Below, piece after piece: positions 1 through 10,612 of a DNA stretch of 64,000 bases. Position 1 is the first letter of the stretch; each line of letters begins with the position of its first letter. A program made the position numbers and the translations under genes. Under the pieces are notes generated by a model that worked only from the letters and a program-made list of their open reading frames with translations, had not been told where the DNA came from and did no database searches. Origin of the DNA: Deltaproteobacteria bacterium (GTDB taxonomy: Bacteria; Desulfobacterota; DSM-4660; Desulfatiglandales; HGW-15). The DNA is taken from contig JAFDJA010000006.1 in NCBI GenBank assembly GCA_019307745.1, forward strand, positions 701 through 64,700, written 5' to 3'.

Positions 1-13
1 ATTCAGAGACCGT

Positions 14-994
14 ATGGAGGATCCTATCTTCCTCATTACATGGTTAACCGGTAACGGTCTAAAAGAGGGAACCTGGATAAAAGATGTGAGACTTGTTGAT
101 AAAGAACCGTTTGGGAAATATAGTTGGCAGGAATATCTGGCTGAAATCTTAAAGGAGAAAAGAGTTAATTCAGGCACAATAGGTATAGAAGAACATGTTT
201 GCACTATCAGCACATTCAATAAATTGAAGTCGGCAGCTCCCAAAGCCCGGTTCCAGGGTATAGATGACATCTTCCAGATTGCGAGGATGATAAAGGAACC
301 TGAAGAGATTGAACTCATCAAGGAATCAGTCTTGATCGCTGAAGCCAGCTTAAAGGCTGGAATGGAAACCTCCGGAGTTGGTGTTCTCGAGAGCGAGATA
401 AATTTTGCTGCCGAGACGGAGGCGAAGCGCAGGGGTGCGATACGAGAAGTCGAAACCATGTGTCAATCCGGCATAAGGACATCCCACCACCGGGCAATGG
501 CATCAAACTGGAAAAGAGTGGATAAGAATGACCTTGTCATGATAGATATAGGCTTAGTTTATAAGGGATATGGCTCCGACTTAACCAGGACCTGGGTTGA
601 GGGTAAGCCAACCGATAAACAGAAAAAGATAACGGATGATCTTGTAAGAGCCCACGGAAAAGTACTTGACAACATCAGGCCTGGTGTAAAAATTTGGGAT
701 GTTCTTGATTCTGGGGATAATGAGCTAAAAAAAGAAGGATACATAACAGGAGCACCTTTGCCTTCAAACAGTATTGGGGTCGGGCACGTGGGGATTCACG
801 GTATCGGTTTAGGCCCGATGCATGATCCGCCCCATGTGATGGAGCATCGAGAAACAAAACTGGAAGTTGGTATGACTCTCGCAGTCTCAGGTACAGCACG
901 CTTTGAAGATTTCACGATCCGTTTTGAGGATGATGTGGTAGTTGTACAAGGAGGCTATGAATTGATAAACAAGCTTATTCCCTGGGAATTATGA
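14..994 (+). CDS. M24 family metallopeptidase (Xaa-Pro peptidase / creatinase-like)
   Basis: 326-aa ORF with pita-bread fold signatures: KEPEEIELIKES, DIGLVYKGYGSDLTRT, GHVGIHGIGLGPMHDPP, and RFEDDVVV near the C-terminus. The frame is open back to base 2, so the true start may lie outside the window. Confidence 0.8.
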   Translation: MEDPIFLITWLTGNGLKEGTWIKDVRLVDKEPFGKYSWQEYLAEILKEKRVNSGTIGIEEHVCTISTFNKLKSAAPKARFQGIDDIFQIARMIKEPEEIELIKESVLIAEASLKAGMETSGVGVLESEINFAAETEAKRRGAIREVETMCQSGIRTSHHRAMASNWKRVDKNDLVMIDIGLVYKGYGSDLTRTWVEGKPTDKQKKITDDLVRAHGKVLDNIRPGVKIWDVLDSGDNELKKEGYITGAPLPSNSIGVGHVGIHGIGLGPMHDPPHVMEHRETKLEVGMTLAVSGTARFEDFTIRFEDDVVVVQGGYELINKLIPWEL

Positions 995-1025
995 GTCTTT
1001 TAATCTACCGGTGTAAAAATTTCAT

Positions 1026-2345
1026 TTATCTGGCCATCAAATTTGGAAGCAACAACACAAACCCAGGGAATACAAGCAGGATGATCAGACATACAATATC
1101 ACCTATAAGGAAAGGTATAATTCCTTTGAAAACTTCGCCTATCGGTATCTTTTCTTGATCAGCCAATGCGGCCTGGAACGCGAAACAGATCATCCCAATG
1201 GGCGGGGTAATGGCAGCTATTTCTACCAGTCTTTCTATTATTATTGCATACCATATCCCATTAAACCCCAGATCTGTGACCATAATGCCATAGGTGATTG
1301 GAACAGTTAGTAAAATCATTGCCATGGTACTCATCGTAGCGCCGAGAAAAAGGTATAATAAAACTATCAGCAACACAATCACCCATGCCGGAGACTGCAT
1401 TGCAGCTATGGTGTGGCTAAACCACATGGGAAGCTGTGAATGTGCCAGGAAGGCATTAAAAATCAATGATCCTAGAAGCACAAATAACAGGCTTCCCGTC
1501 GAAATGGCGGCAGAATCCAAGGCCTCTAAAATTTTTCTCCAGGTTAAAGTTTTCTTGATGAAACCAAGGACGGCGGCTACGAAAGCGCCTATTGCTGCTC
1601 CCTCGGTAGGTGTAAATACTCCGGCGTATATTCCTCCCATTACTGACAGGAACAATGTCACAACTGGCCAGAGTTTCCACAGCCCAGCCCATTTTTCTCT
1701 CCAAGTCGATCCCTCCGACGGGGGACCATATCCAGGTTTCAGCTTAACTAATAGAATTATTATCGTGGAATATACTAGCATCTCAAGTATGCCAGGCAAA
1801 AAACCAGCTATTAAAATTATTCCTACAGGCTGTTCTGTTAGCAAAGCAATAATTAACAGAGGAATGCTTGGAGGAATCATCCCACCCAGAGTTCCGCCGG
1901 CACATATGCTGCCTGCTGCAAGCTTTCGGTCGTAGCCATGCTTGCGCATTTCTCCGAAGGCGATTGTACCCATACTAGCGGCATTGGCCAGGGAATGGCC
2001 AGAAACGGCGGCGAAGGCACCACAGGCACCCACAGTGGTAATAGCTAACCCCCCGGGAAGCCGGCCTACCCATTTCCGTATTCCCCAGAACGCATCGCTG
2101 CTAAGGCCCCCTACAGTTGCCAAAGTTCCCATGAGAAGAAATAGAGGAACAGCGCTGAACAAGTAATTAACAACTGCATCCCATGCTATATAACCCACCA
2201 TACTGGCAGCATTACTTAAACCCAGTAACTGGGCTAGCCCAAAGAAACCACACAGACCTAAAGCGGGACCTAAGGGCATCCTTAAAAAGATTATGAAAAA
2301 AAAAGTAGCTACAAACCAGATTAAACCAACTATATGTGGAGGCAT
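1026..2345 (-). CDS. TRAP transporter large permease subunit (DctM family)
   Basis: 439-aa polytopic membrane ORF of typical DctM length and composition. It overlaps the upstream small permease stop by 1 nt (TAATG). Confidence 0.9.
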   Translation of the reverse strand: MPPHIVGLIWFVATFFFIIFLRMPLGPALGLCGFFGLAQLLGLSNAASMVGYIAWDAVVNYLFSAVPLFLLMGTLATVGGLSSDAFWGIRKWVGRLPGGLAITTVGACGAFAAVSGHSLANAASMGTIAFGEMRKHGYDRKLAAGSICAGGTLGGMIPPSIPLLIIALLTEQPVGIILIAGFLPGILEMLVYSTIIILLVKLKPGYGPPSEGSTWREKWAGLWKLWPVVTLFLSVMGGIYAGVFTPTEGAAIGAFVAAVLGFIKKTLTWRKILEALDSAAISTGSLLFVLLGSLIFNAFLAHSQLPMWFSHTIAAMQSPAWVIVLLIVLLYLFLGATMSTMAMILLTVPITYGIMVTDLGFNGIWYAIIIERLVEIAAITPPIGMICFAFQAALADQEKIPIGEVFKGIIPFLIGDIVCLIILLVFPGFVLLLPNLMAR

Positions 2346-2869
2346 TAGGTGTTTCCCTCAGGATTTTTATCATTGAGTTCAGAATCCTTCTCATCACCAG
2401 AGAAAAGTCGCAGTAACATTTCAATACAATAAAGAGTAGCCCCGTAGGTGATAACGAAATAAAACGGGAACAAGGGCATCTGAAGGCCCGCCGTTGTCTC
2501 GTTTTTTTCCCATACATGTATTCCCTGTATAAGAGACTGCCAGGCAATTATCCCAACGATGAGCAGACACAGGGTCAAACGAAGTTTTTCCAGGACCAAC
2601 TTTAAGCGGCGAGGCAATTTGGGATTGAATAATTCTATGCTAATCTCACGATTCCTGAAGGCGACATACCCGAGAGTAAAAAAACAAATGAAGAGCATAC
2701 TCATCTCCGTCAGTTCCGGTACTCCAAAAATCGGTTTGTATACTATCCTAGAAACCACGTCACATACGGTAAGCAGCGTTATGAATATCATAATAATCGC
2801 TGCTCCAAATGAGCTGAGACGCATTATTGCGTGCATGACTGCTGAAAACCTTTTTGCAACAATGCCCAT
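2345..2869 (-). CDS. TRAP transporter small permease subunit (DctQ family)
   Basis: 174-aa, four-TM-like ORF lying between the TRAP binding protein and the large permease genes. Confidence 0.8.
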   Translation of the reverse strand: MGIVAKRFSAVMHAIMRLSSFGAAIIMIFITLLTVCDVVSRIVYKPIFGVPELTEMSMLFICFFTLGYVAFRNREISIELFNPKLPRRLKLVLEKLRLTLCLLIVGIIAWQSLIQGIHVWEKNETTAGLQMPLFPFYFVITYGATLYCIEMLLRLFSGDEKDSELNDKNPEGNT

Positions 2870-3109
2870 TTGCCCCTCCTAATGATCATATACTGCCTTC
2901 AACACAACCCCAAACGAGATAGTTTTACATTTTCATCCCGTGCACCCTCTCGCAAAATTAAAGGTGTTCTTAAGTGGACATTCCCACGCCAGACCCCTAA
3001 GGGAATCCACAGCCTATAATCTGATTTTTGGGGATAAATAGCTTTCAGACTTTGTTACTCCGCTCACACCTCTAATTCCCAGGAAAATTGGTGTTAGATC
3101 TTTCACAAC

Positions 3110-4147
3110 TTACTTGGGGGTCTCACCATATTTCTTCTGGCCTCTTATTATTTCGGCCAGAATTTCATTGCCTTCAAGACCTTTGCTTTCAAGCTTTGCT
3201 GCCCATTGATCCCAAATTGGATTTATGATTTTTTCCCACTTCTCTTTCTCTTCATCAGGAAGCTTTATCGTTTTGAGCCCATATTTTTTAGGCCATTCCT
3301 CATTTAAAAGTTGCTCATCTTCCTTTTTGGCCTGTTCAGCAAAATAATCGATTGCGAATTTTCGGTTTACTTTAGCCAATTTTATCTGAAGGTCAGGGCT
3401 GAATTTTTCAAAGGTTTTTTTGCAAAACCCGATTACCGTAATAACAGAGCCAAAATTCATATCGACTTGATACCTTAGCAATTCCTGCAAACCAAATGGC
3501 TCGGCGGATGTGGAAACTTCAATACTACCATCCAATAAGCCCCTCTCCATAGCCATAAACCTTTCGGGTGCCGGTGTGGCAGTGAAAACAGCTCCAACGG
3601 CTGTTAAGGCTGTCTTTTTTTGCTCGTGATAAGCCCTAATCCGGAGCCCCTTCAGATCTTCTAATGTCCTTATTGGTTTTTTTGCCATCCATAGCGTGCG
3701 TGGACCGCTGTAATCAAAAACCACATTAGCCAGTTCTGGAAAATCCTTGTAAACATGTGCTTCTATTAGATCGTTTACTATCTGCCCTCCAACCAACCGA
3801 TTTCGAGCTAGTCCAGGCAGCATCAACATCTCAGTTCGCAAGAAACGGCCGGGAGTAAAAGCGACGGGAACATACGCTAAATCAACAATTCCCCTAGCAA
3901 GTCCATCGTAAATTTTTGATGGCGGCAGTACGGAAAAGCCATGCATTCGGGTAAATTTAATTTTACCTTCGCTTGCATTTTCAATTGCGTCAAGATATGG
4001 GTACCACCGATTCTTTGTAAATGAAGCCGTTTCAGGTCCAAAATAAAATGCTTTTAGGTTGTAAACCTCTTTAGCTGCACTTATATTAGCTGCCAGACCA
4101 ATTATTAACAGATTTGCTAATACGATTAAGATCATTATTTTCTTCAT
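3110..4147 (-). CDS. TRAP transporter substrate-binding protein (DctP family)
   Basis: 345-aa ORF with an N-terminal signal peptide (MKKIMILIVLANLLIIGLAANISA). AAGGAG sits upstream of the ATG. It is positioned upstream of dctQM-like genes. Confidence 0.85.
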   Translation of the reverse strand: MKKIMILIVLANLLIIGLAANISAAKEVYNLKAFYFGPETASFTKNRWYPYLDAIENASEGKIKFTRMHGFSVLPPSKIYDGLARGIVDLAYVPVAFTPGRFLRTEMLMLPGLARNRLVGGQIVNDLIEAHVYKDFPELANVVFDYSGPRTLWMAKKPIRTLEDLKGLRIRAYHEQKKTALTAVGAVFTATPAPERFMAMERGLLDGSIEVSTSAEPFGLQELLRYQVDMNFGSVITVIGFCKKTFEKFSPDLQIKLAKVNRKFAIDYFAEQAKKEDEQLLNEEWPKKYGLKTIKLPDEEKEKWEKIINPIWDQWAAKLESKGLEGNEILAEIIRGQKKYGETPK

Positions 4148-4643
4148 TTGCTTATCTCCTTTTTGAAAACTTTTCAGAGGAGTTGATTAATAGGGGAAAT
4201 CAGAATTTCAGCAGAACGTCAAGTTTATCAGGCACAAGTTCGCTCCGCAAAAACGACTTGGATAATTCAATATGCAACTTTTCTATAATCGCAAATATCA
4301 CGCATCAAAGATGTATGTGATAATGATTGTAATATTTGAAGTTTAAAAAAACCTTAGATAAATCCTTACTACATGACAGCGATAAAAAAACTATAAACAA
4401 GACGGGCGTTTTGATGTAAACCATGAACAGTAAAGTATCGGAAAGTAAAGTCGACCACCTATAGGCATTATTCCGACCTTCTTGATAAGTGGCGTGTAAG
4501 CTGGAGCTAAAACCTCATTTCTAATTTATACAATGAGCATCCTTGTCCTATATCTTTTCCAAGAACCGAAATATTTTAATACATCAACGCCCCTTATTCT
4601 AAAACGCCAAAATGATCCTCTAAAAAATTAATTGACCCGTATC

Positions 4644-4829
4644 CTAAAGACCAAGGATCATAATTTCCTCATAGGGCCATCTGGTAAGGACTTCGCACCC
4701 TGTATCTGTAATGAGATAAGTGTTTTCAATGGCTACTCCCCCTGCTTCACCCTCGGTATAAAATATTGCATGATAGGTTATCGTCATAAATGGTTGGACC
4801 AGGAGGCTCGCCATTTTTGGATTTGCTCT
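4644..4829 (-). pseudogene. Out-of-frame C-terminal segment of the M24 gene
   Basis: My own translation of the minus strand gives ...VQPFMTITYHAIFYTEGEAGGVAIENTYLITDTGCEVLTRWPYEEIMILGL*. This matches the classical M24 C-terminal block (G-x-R/A-I-E-D/N ... T-x-x-G-x-E-x-L-T). It lies in a different frame from the 4784-5824 ORF and overlaps that ORF's last ~15 codons. Confidence 0.65.
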
Positions 4830-5824
4830 TTAGTTTTGAAATTTTCACCGGGTTTGGGTCTCCATTTGGCGAGCTCGTGGGTAGTCACGCCTGGTTTGAG
4901 TAATTCTTGAAACCTGGCATGCATCTCAACCGCGGTCTGGTAGATCTCTTTCTGTAGATCTGATGGCTTTGCACCTACCAAAAAGGTCCGGTCATAACAA
5001 ACCTTGTACCCACACCAGTTGACGTGGCAGGCCTCGAGAGTAAGAAACTCACGGGGTCTTAGGATTCGATCCGACCAGTTAAAACTACGGGGGTTGGTTC
5101 TGTCACCTGAGTTGACTACCCAGCCTTCTATATATTCACCTCCTGCATCATAGATGGCCTTGGCCATAATTCCTTGAATTTCATGCTCTTTCATGCCTAC
5201 CCTTGCCTCTCGATATACGGCGCCATAACCCGCTTCGTTTATCGCGGCGGCTGTTTTCATACAGATAATCTCTTCATCAAATTTTACCATGCCACATTCA
5301 TCGATCCACGCATTCCCATCAACGACTGTTATACCCTCTTCACGTAAGGCATCGATAAGGTATGGGCTGCAAGTATCAATGGATAAGGGCAGTTCAGAGA
5401 CTCCATGCTTCTTAAGCAGTTTTTTAATCTGCTTTGCGGTGATAGACCATTGCTTATTGGCAACTTCCGGTGTCTTATAACGGCCGGGACGGGGTTGTAG
5501 TAGGTGATCATGATTCAACATGCGCCCCTCCAACCAGGGACAGTCTTCCTTCACTCTTTTTTCATCAATCTCCATCGCTTCCACATAGGGGAAACCAGCA
5601 TCTCTAATCATAAGAACAAAATTCCAGGCCAGGCCTCTGCTGTAAGGGTGGTTCCATAGACTTGATAAATACCTTTTACGATCATGGTTGTATACAATAG
5701 CCGATCCAATGCCATATTTAGCCATAAACTGGTTGGCCCTTTCAATTCGTTTCTCCCTCAACGCTTCCCAGTTTATTCTCTGCTGCCAGTCCACATTCCC
5801 CAACCCGAATCTTTGTGATATCAT
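4784..5824 (-). CDS. M24 family peptidase / creatinase-like protein, apparently 3'-truncated by a frameshift
   Basis: Start chosen at MISQRF (ATG 5822-5824), preceded by AAGGAG. It has a creatinase-type N-domain and the first part of a pita-bread domain. The ORF stops before the C-terminal M24 signature, which is encoded out of frame downstream (next feature). Confidence 0.7.
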   Translation of the reverse strand: MISQRFGLGNVDWQQRINWEALREKRIERANQFMAKYGIGSAIVYNHDRKRYLSSLWNHPYSRGLAWNFVLMIRDAGFPYVEAMEIDEKRVKEDCPWLEGRMLNHDHLLQPRPGRYKTPEVANKQWSITAKQIKKLLKKHGVSELPLSIDTCSPYLIDALREEGITVVDGNAWIDECGMVKFDEEIICMKTAAAINEAGYGAVYREARVGMKEHEIQGIMAKAIYDAGGEYIEGWVVNSGDRTNPRSFNWSDRILRPREFLTLEACHVNWCGYKVCYDRTFLVGAKPSDLQKEIYQTAVEMHARFQELLKPGVTTHELAKWRPKPGENFKTKEQIQKWRASWSNHL

Positions 5825-6047
5825 GACATATCTCCTTAAAATTTTTTTTAATGTTCGGTTAAAATTCATATGTCTTTTTAGACACACGATCTTATAAAGT
5901 GACCTCCCTCTAAAAAAGAAAGTACTAAGATCTACCATAAGTGCAATTTTCAGGATGCTCCCACTGCTGGTGGGTTGCTACTTTAAATAATCCTCCCTCA
6001 CATATATTTCCGGATGAGCTTGTCGAATAACAACTCAGAAATTATTA

Positions 6048-7148
6048 TTATGGTAGTACCACCCAAGAATTACAGGGTAGCAGGACATTCACCTGACTGC
6101 CAACAGTGACTTCAAGATCGGGTGGCACCTTCACATAAAATACCTGACTTTCGATGATCACCTCGCAGTCTATATGCTCCCCTAAAAAGACAGCACTCTT
6201 AATTGCGCCGGGAAAAACATTCACAATATTCCCTTTCTGGGACTCCAAAATCCTTATGGTTTCTGAACGTATTCCCATTTTAATTTTCTGGCCATTGGTC
6301 AGCTTTTCAACCCCAGGACACTCTACAAGACCGATTGGTGTTCGGGCTGCTTTTCTTCCATCTCTACCCTCCAGCGTAATTACCTCACCATCCAGAAAAT
6401 TTATCCGGCCGACGAAATCAGCGATGAAAGCTTCGCTGGGACGTAGATAAATATCACGGGGGGTCCCGATCTGAACCAAACGACCGTCCAACATCACACC
6501 TATCCGATCCGATACCGCAAATGCCTCTGCCTGGTCATGAGTCACATAGACCGCAGTGGTCCCCAGTTTCTTCAGTAACTGCCGTAATTCGAGACGAGTC
6601 TCCATTCGGAGCTTGGCATCCAGATTGCTCAAAGGCTCATCCATCAAAACCACTTCCGGCTCCTTGATCAGAGCGCGGGCCAGGGCTACCCTCTGCTGCT
6701 GACCACCACTAAGCTGAGTAGAGGGACGCGACTCAAAACCCTCCAACTGCACAAGGGCACAGATATTAGCTACCTTCTGCTGGATCTCATGCGCTGAAGG
6801 CCGCTTGTGCATGCCATATTTGAGGGGAAAGGCAATGTTGTCGAAGACATTCATGTGTGGCCATATGGCGTAGGATTGGAACACCATGCCGATATTGCGT
6901 TGATATACGGGAGTAGCCTGTTTTTTCGCGCGGGAGAACACCAGCTCGCCTCCGAGCCTGATCTCACCGTCATCAGGACTCTCCAGGCCTGCTATGCATC
7001 GAATTGTGGTGGTCTTGCCGCAGCCACTGGGCCCGAGCAGGCAGAAGAACTCTCCCTGTTCGACCTCAACGGTTACATTCCGGACGGATCTAACAGTCCC
7101 GTGAGCCGTGACAAAGGATTTGCTGATCTGCTTCAGAGATACAGACAT
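6048..7148 (-). CDS. ABC transporter ATP-binding protein (PotA/FbpC/UgpC-like, with C-terminal TOBE-like domain)
   Basis: Walker A GPSGCGKTT, ABC signature LSGGQQQRVALARAL, Walker B VVLMDEPLSNLD. 366 aa. Confidence 0.9.
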   Translation of the reverse strand: MSVSLKQISKSFVTAHGTVRSVRNVTVEVEQGEFFCLLGPSGCGKTTTIRCIAGLESPDDGEIRLGGELVFSRAKKQATPVYQRNIGMVFQSYAIWPHMNVFDNIAFPLKYGMHKRPSAHEIQQKVANICALVQLEGFESRPSTQLSGGQQQRVALARALIKEPEVVLMDEPLSNLDAKLRMETRLELRQLLKKLGTTAVYVTHDQAEAFAVSDRIGVMLDGRLVQIGTPRDIYLRPSEAFIADFVGRINFLDGEVITLEGRDGRKAARTPIGLVECPGVEKLTNGQKIKMGIRSETIRILESQKGNIVNVFPGAIKSAVFLGEHIDCEVIIESQVFYVKVPPDLEVTVGSQVNVLLPCNSWVVLP

Positions 7149-7157
7149 AAGAATTTA

Positions 7158-8915
7158 TCAACCTCCTTCTACCACCATTGTCTGCCTGGCTACGAGAAAC
7201 GTAAGTGCCATCGTTACCATCACCAGGGGCACTGCAATGGCAGAGGCAATACGAAACTCTGCCTCCTCCATCCATAAAAACCAAAGGATCACGCCCAAGG
7301 TCTGGTTACCCACAGCATAGAGCATCAACGCGATCGACGTATCGCGAATGCTCCGTACAAACATCCAAAGAAAACCACGAACAAAGCTGGGCCACAAGAG
7401 CGGCAACACGACCCGGGAGAAGGTATGCCATAGTTTTGCCCCGCTTGTACCGGCGGCCTCTTCAAGTTCCCGGTGAATCTGTATAAAGGCCGCACCCATC
7501 TGCCTCGTTCCAAAGGGCAGACAGGTAGTTGTCACAGCAATGACAATGATCCAGATGGTTCCGTAGATGGGAATAGGCAAAACAGTATAGATGAAAATGA
7601 GTGCCAGTGCCAGCACGATTCCTGGAACTCCTACCACCATAAAGGCAAGACGGTCCGGGATCCAGGCGCCACGAACTTCTCCGCGAATAGAAAGCCATGA
7701 AACCAGGGTCACAAGAAACATCCCGATCATAGCCGCGGAAATAGCAATTATTATGGTATTGTTGAGTGCTATCCACAACTGTGGAGAATTCATCATTTCA
7801 CGGTAGGCATTCAGGTTGACTCGAGACAGCGCTGAGAACGAGATTGCTGTAAAGGCTGGGGCAATACTCGTCCAAAAAAGAATCAGAAATGGCATTGCCA
7901 CAGCAAGAACAAAGTACCCGGTCATAATAACCACCGGCACAAACTTCCACCGTCCCAGGTCGATCAGGTGCGGGCGGTACCCGCGACCTGTTACTGTAGC
8001 GAAGCGCTCCCCATGCTTAATATAACGGCTATACAGGTAAACAAACACTCCCGCAACCGCCAACAGAATCACCCCGTAAGTGCTTGCCATCCCATAGTTA
8101 GGCAAAAGCTCCCCATGTGCCGGGTTAATAGCATAGTAGATCGCGCTGCTAAATACGTATATGCCTTTCGGCATACCCAACAAGGCCGGGATCTCAAAGA
8201 TCTCCATAGCGCGAACGAAGTAGTATATGACCGCGGCAAAGACTGCCGGGCTGACCAGGGGCATACTAACCTGCCGGAAGGTAGCCCATATTCCGGCACC
8301 GCTCGTCCGAGCCGCTTCTTCGAGGGAAGGATCTACCCTGGAAAATACGCCTGAAATCATAATGTAGATCATGGGAACGAAGCCAAGCGCGGCAATCAGA
8401 ATCATGCCGGGAATGGAGTAGATATTGATCGGCCCAGGCCCCGTGAGCCCGAAGAGCTCCCGCAGTATCACGTTGAACAGACCGTTGGCAGGATTAGCCA
8501 GCAGAATCCAGCCCATACCCACTATGATTACAGGCATACCCATCGGCGACAGAATCAGCACGAAAAGGAGACGTCGGAATGGGACATTGGTCCGTTCAAG
8601 GAACCAGGCAAATATTATGGAAAGTCCCATGGCAACAATAATAGTACCTGAGGCAAACCACGCCGTGTTGAGGAGCATACGGTAAGTGGCGCCTGAAGTA
8701 AATACCTGAAGATAGTTGGCAACAGTGAAGGTAGTAACCTCGAACGGCAAGCGATTTGCAGTACTGCGGATACTGCTGAACAGTAGAATAGCTATCGGAG
8801 GGAGCACTAAACAAATGACTACAATAGATACTGCCCCTAAGAGTATCTTTTGTGAATGTAAAGCAACAAGTTCGCGCAGACTCACCATCCTCTCTGAAAA
8901 CCCAGCTAAGTTCAA
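7158..8915 (-). CDS. ABC transporter permease, duplicated (two-module) iron(III)/thiamine-type
   Basis: 585-aa ORF with about 12 TM segments and two EAA-like loops (LEEAARTSGAG, LEEAAGTSGAK). TTG start preceded by AAGGAGG at 7-nt spacing. Confidence 0.85.
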   Translation of the reverse strand: MNLAGFSERMVSLRELVALHSQKILLGAVSIVVICLVLPPIAILLFSSIRSTANRLPFEVTTFTVANYLQVFTSGATYRMLLNTAWFASGTIIVAMGLSIIFAWFLERTNVPFRRLLFVLILSPMGMPVIIVGMGWILLANPANGLFNVILRELFGLTGPGPINIYSIPGMILIAALGFVPMIYIMISGVFSRVDPSLEEAARTSGAGIWATFRQVSMPLVSPAVFAAVIYYFVRAMEIFEIPALLGMPKGIYVFSSAIYYAINPAHGELLPNYGMASTYGVILLAVAGVFVYLYSRYIKHGERFATVTGRGYRPHLIDLGRWKFVPVVIMTGYFVLAVAMPFLILFWTSIAPAFTAISFSALSRVNLNAYREMMNSPQLWIALNNTIIIAISAAMIGMFLVTLVSWLSIRGEVRGAWIPDRLAFMVVGVPGIVLALALIFIYTVLPIPIYGTIWIIVIAVTTTCLPFGTRQMGAAFIQIHRELEEAAGTSGAKLWHTFSRVVLPLLWPSFVRGFLWMFVRSIRDTSIALMLYAVGNQTLGVILWFLWMEEAEFRIASAIAVPLVMVTMALTFLVARQTMVVEGG

Positions 8916-9041
8916 TAAAAAACCTCCTTCTTCAGTTATTTATGCGCTCAGAACCATTACCTCCGTCGTAATTCAAAACAAATCGATCTCCCCCATTAGA
9001 CCATACCAGGAGCACGCCAGATTGAGCCCGTCTAGAGTCTG

Positions 9042-10094
9042 TTAATTGATACTCCATCCCATAGCCCTATCCGCTTCATTGATAAACTCCCTAAATTGCT
9101 TAATTTCTTCAATTGTCTTGCATATTCTTATTAATTCAATGCCGTTCTCACACAGCAATTGAGCCACAGGTGAGGCATCACATGGTGTAGCAAAGCCGCG
9201 ACCTGTGCTCACCAAAGCCTCCATTGCTTCTTTGGTGGTTGCCCAGCCTATGAACAGTTTAGCTGCGTTAGGATGCTGGATACCCTTTGTCTTTGGAGTA
9301 TAAAGAGCGAAGGGACTAGCGACCGCCGGACCTATTGGACAAAGCTGCAGAGATGTGCCTCTCTTTTTAAAAATGGGGACCAAGGTGGACCTCACCAATC
9401 CAATCGGAGTTTCTCCGCTTGCAACCCGGCTGAATGCAACAACCCCACTTGGTGCCGGCATGATGTCTTGCTTGCGCAGCTGCTCCAGGTAGTGAATTAC
9501 CTTTTGTGGATTTTTCTGCCATGCTGGAAACAGGCCGGCGAGATTATTCCCATTTGTTCGTACCGATAATTTATTTCCTTTCCACTTGGGATCAAGCAGT
9601 TCTTCCCAGCTGCGTGGTAAATCCTTTTTTAAGACCAGCTTTGGGTTGTACACCCAGATCATGGGATTATCGTGATAGAGGATCAATCGATTATCAAATA
9701 GTATATCCTCAGGATTCAAGTCCGAGATTTTGGCCCAATCGTAGCTATCCAACAGATCTCTTTCCAGTAATGGTAGCATCTCGTCCACACCGGAGCAGAT
9801 GCCTACATCCACACTAAGCTTTCTTGCCGCAGCTTCCGTTATGATACGAGCAGGCATCCGAGACGACACGGCACTGAACGCTGTTACTTTTATACCTGGG
9901 TACTTTGCCTCAAACGCATCGACTACGACCTTCCAATTACTAGCTGAACCCAATACCTGCCACAACAGTTTTCCTTCCTTTTTTGCGTCCTGGTAAAGAT
10001 CCTGGATTGCACGCTCTGAAGGAGCCGTAAAGCCATTGATTGAAAAAAGCACTACAGACAAATAAATAATTATAAAAACCGTTTTCTTGATCAT
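9042..10094 (-). CDS. ABC transporter periplasmic substrate-binding protein (family 1 / iron-thiamine type)
   Basis: Start chosen at MIKKTVFIIIYLSV (signal peptide), with AGAGGGGA upstream. Positioned upstream of the permease and ATPase genes. Confidence 0.8.
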   Translation of the reverse strand: MIKKTVFIIIYLSVVLFSINGFTAPSERAIQDLYQDAKKEGKLLWQVLGSASNWKVVVDAFEAKYPGIKVTAFSAVSSRMPARIITEAAARKLSVDVGICSGVDEMLPLLERDLLDSYDWAKISDLNPEDILFDNRLILYHDNPMIWVYNPKLVLKKDLPRSWEELLDPKWKGNKLSVRTNGNNLAGLFPAWQKNPQKVIHYLEQLRKQDIMPAPSGVVAFSRVASGETPIGLVRSTLVPIFKKRGTSLQLCPIGPAVASPFALYTPKTKGIQHPNAAKLFIGWATTKEAMEALVSTGRGFATPCDASPVAQLLCENGIELIRICKTIEEIKQFREFINEADRAMGWSIN

Positions 10095-10612
10095 TTCGAT
10101 CCCCTCTTTATTTGAGATTTGGTTGCATTCCCAATACCATAACAATCTTGAAAACACCGAAGTTGCGAACGATCACTTTGAGTTCTCAATCCGGGCCGTT
10201 TAAAAAGGGTCGACAGCCCCCTGACTTCCAGGAACATAAATTTCTGCTGTAACCAAAAAAAAACAAATTCATATGGATGGATGGTTTTTATTAAATTGTC
10301 AATATGTAAAACTTTTAACGTAAAATTATTTCTGAAAAATGAAAAAACAACAGGCTTTGAAACTCAAATAACTCGTAAAAAATTCAAGCAACAAAATACG
10401 CGGAAATGTTCTATAAAAATCTTATGTCGAGGATTGTCTACTGTTTTGCTAATTTTTTGCAATTGAATATTTTCAATATCATAACCATAAAAATACCCAA
10501 AAATTTTATGGAACGACTTTTAAACATTATTCTAAGAGGAAATTGCCTGCAAATAGGAGCCCTCGTTTCCTCTATTAGAACGCAGCTCCGAGTGAGATTG
10601 GATTGAGAAGAC

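Noticed and set aside
1294-1935. 213-aa plus-strand ORF inside dctM, plus similar antisense ORFs at 6807-7277, 39320-39799, 39987-40592, 42078-42728, 56673-57272 and 25628-26095
   Set aside because: These are shadow ORFs on the opposite strand of strongly supported genes. Their composition is Arg/Ser/Pro-rich or otherwise atypical, and none has a family signature.
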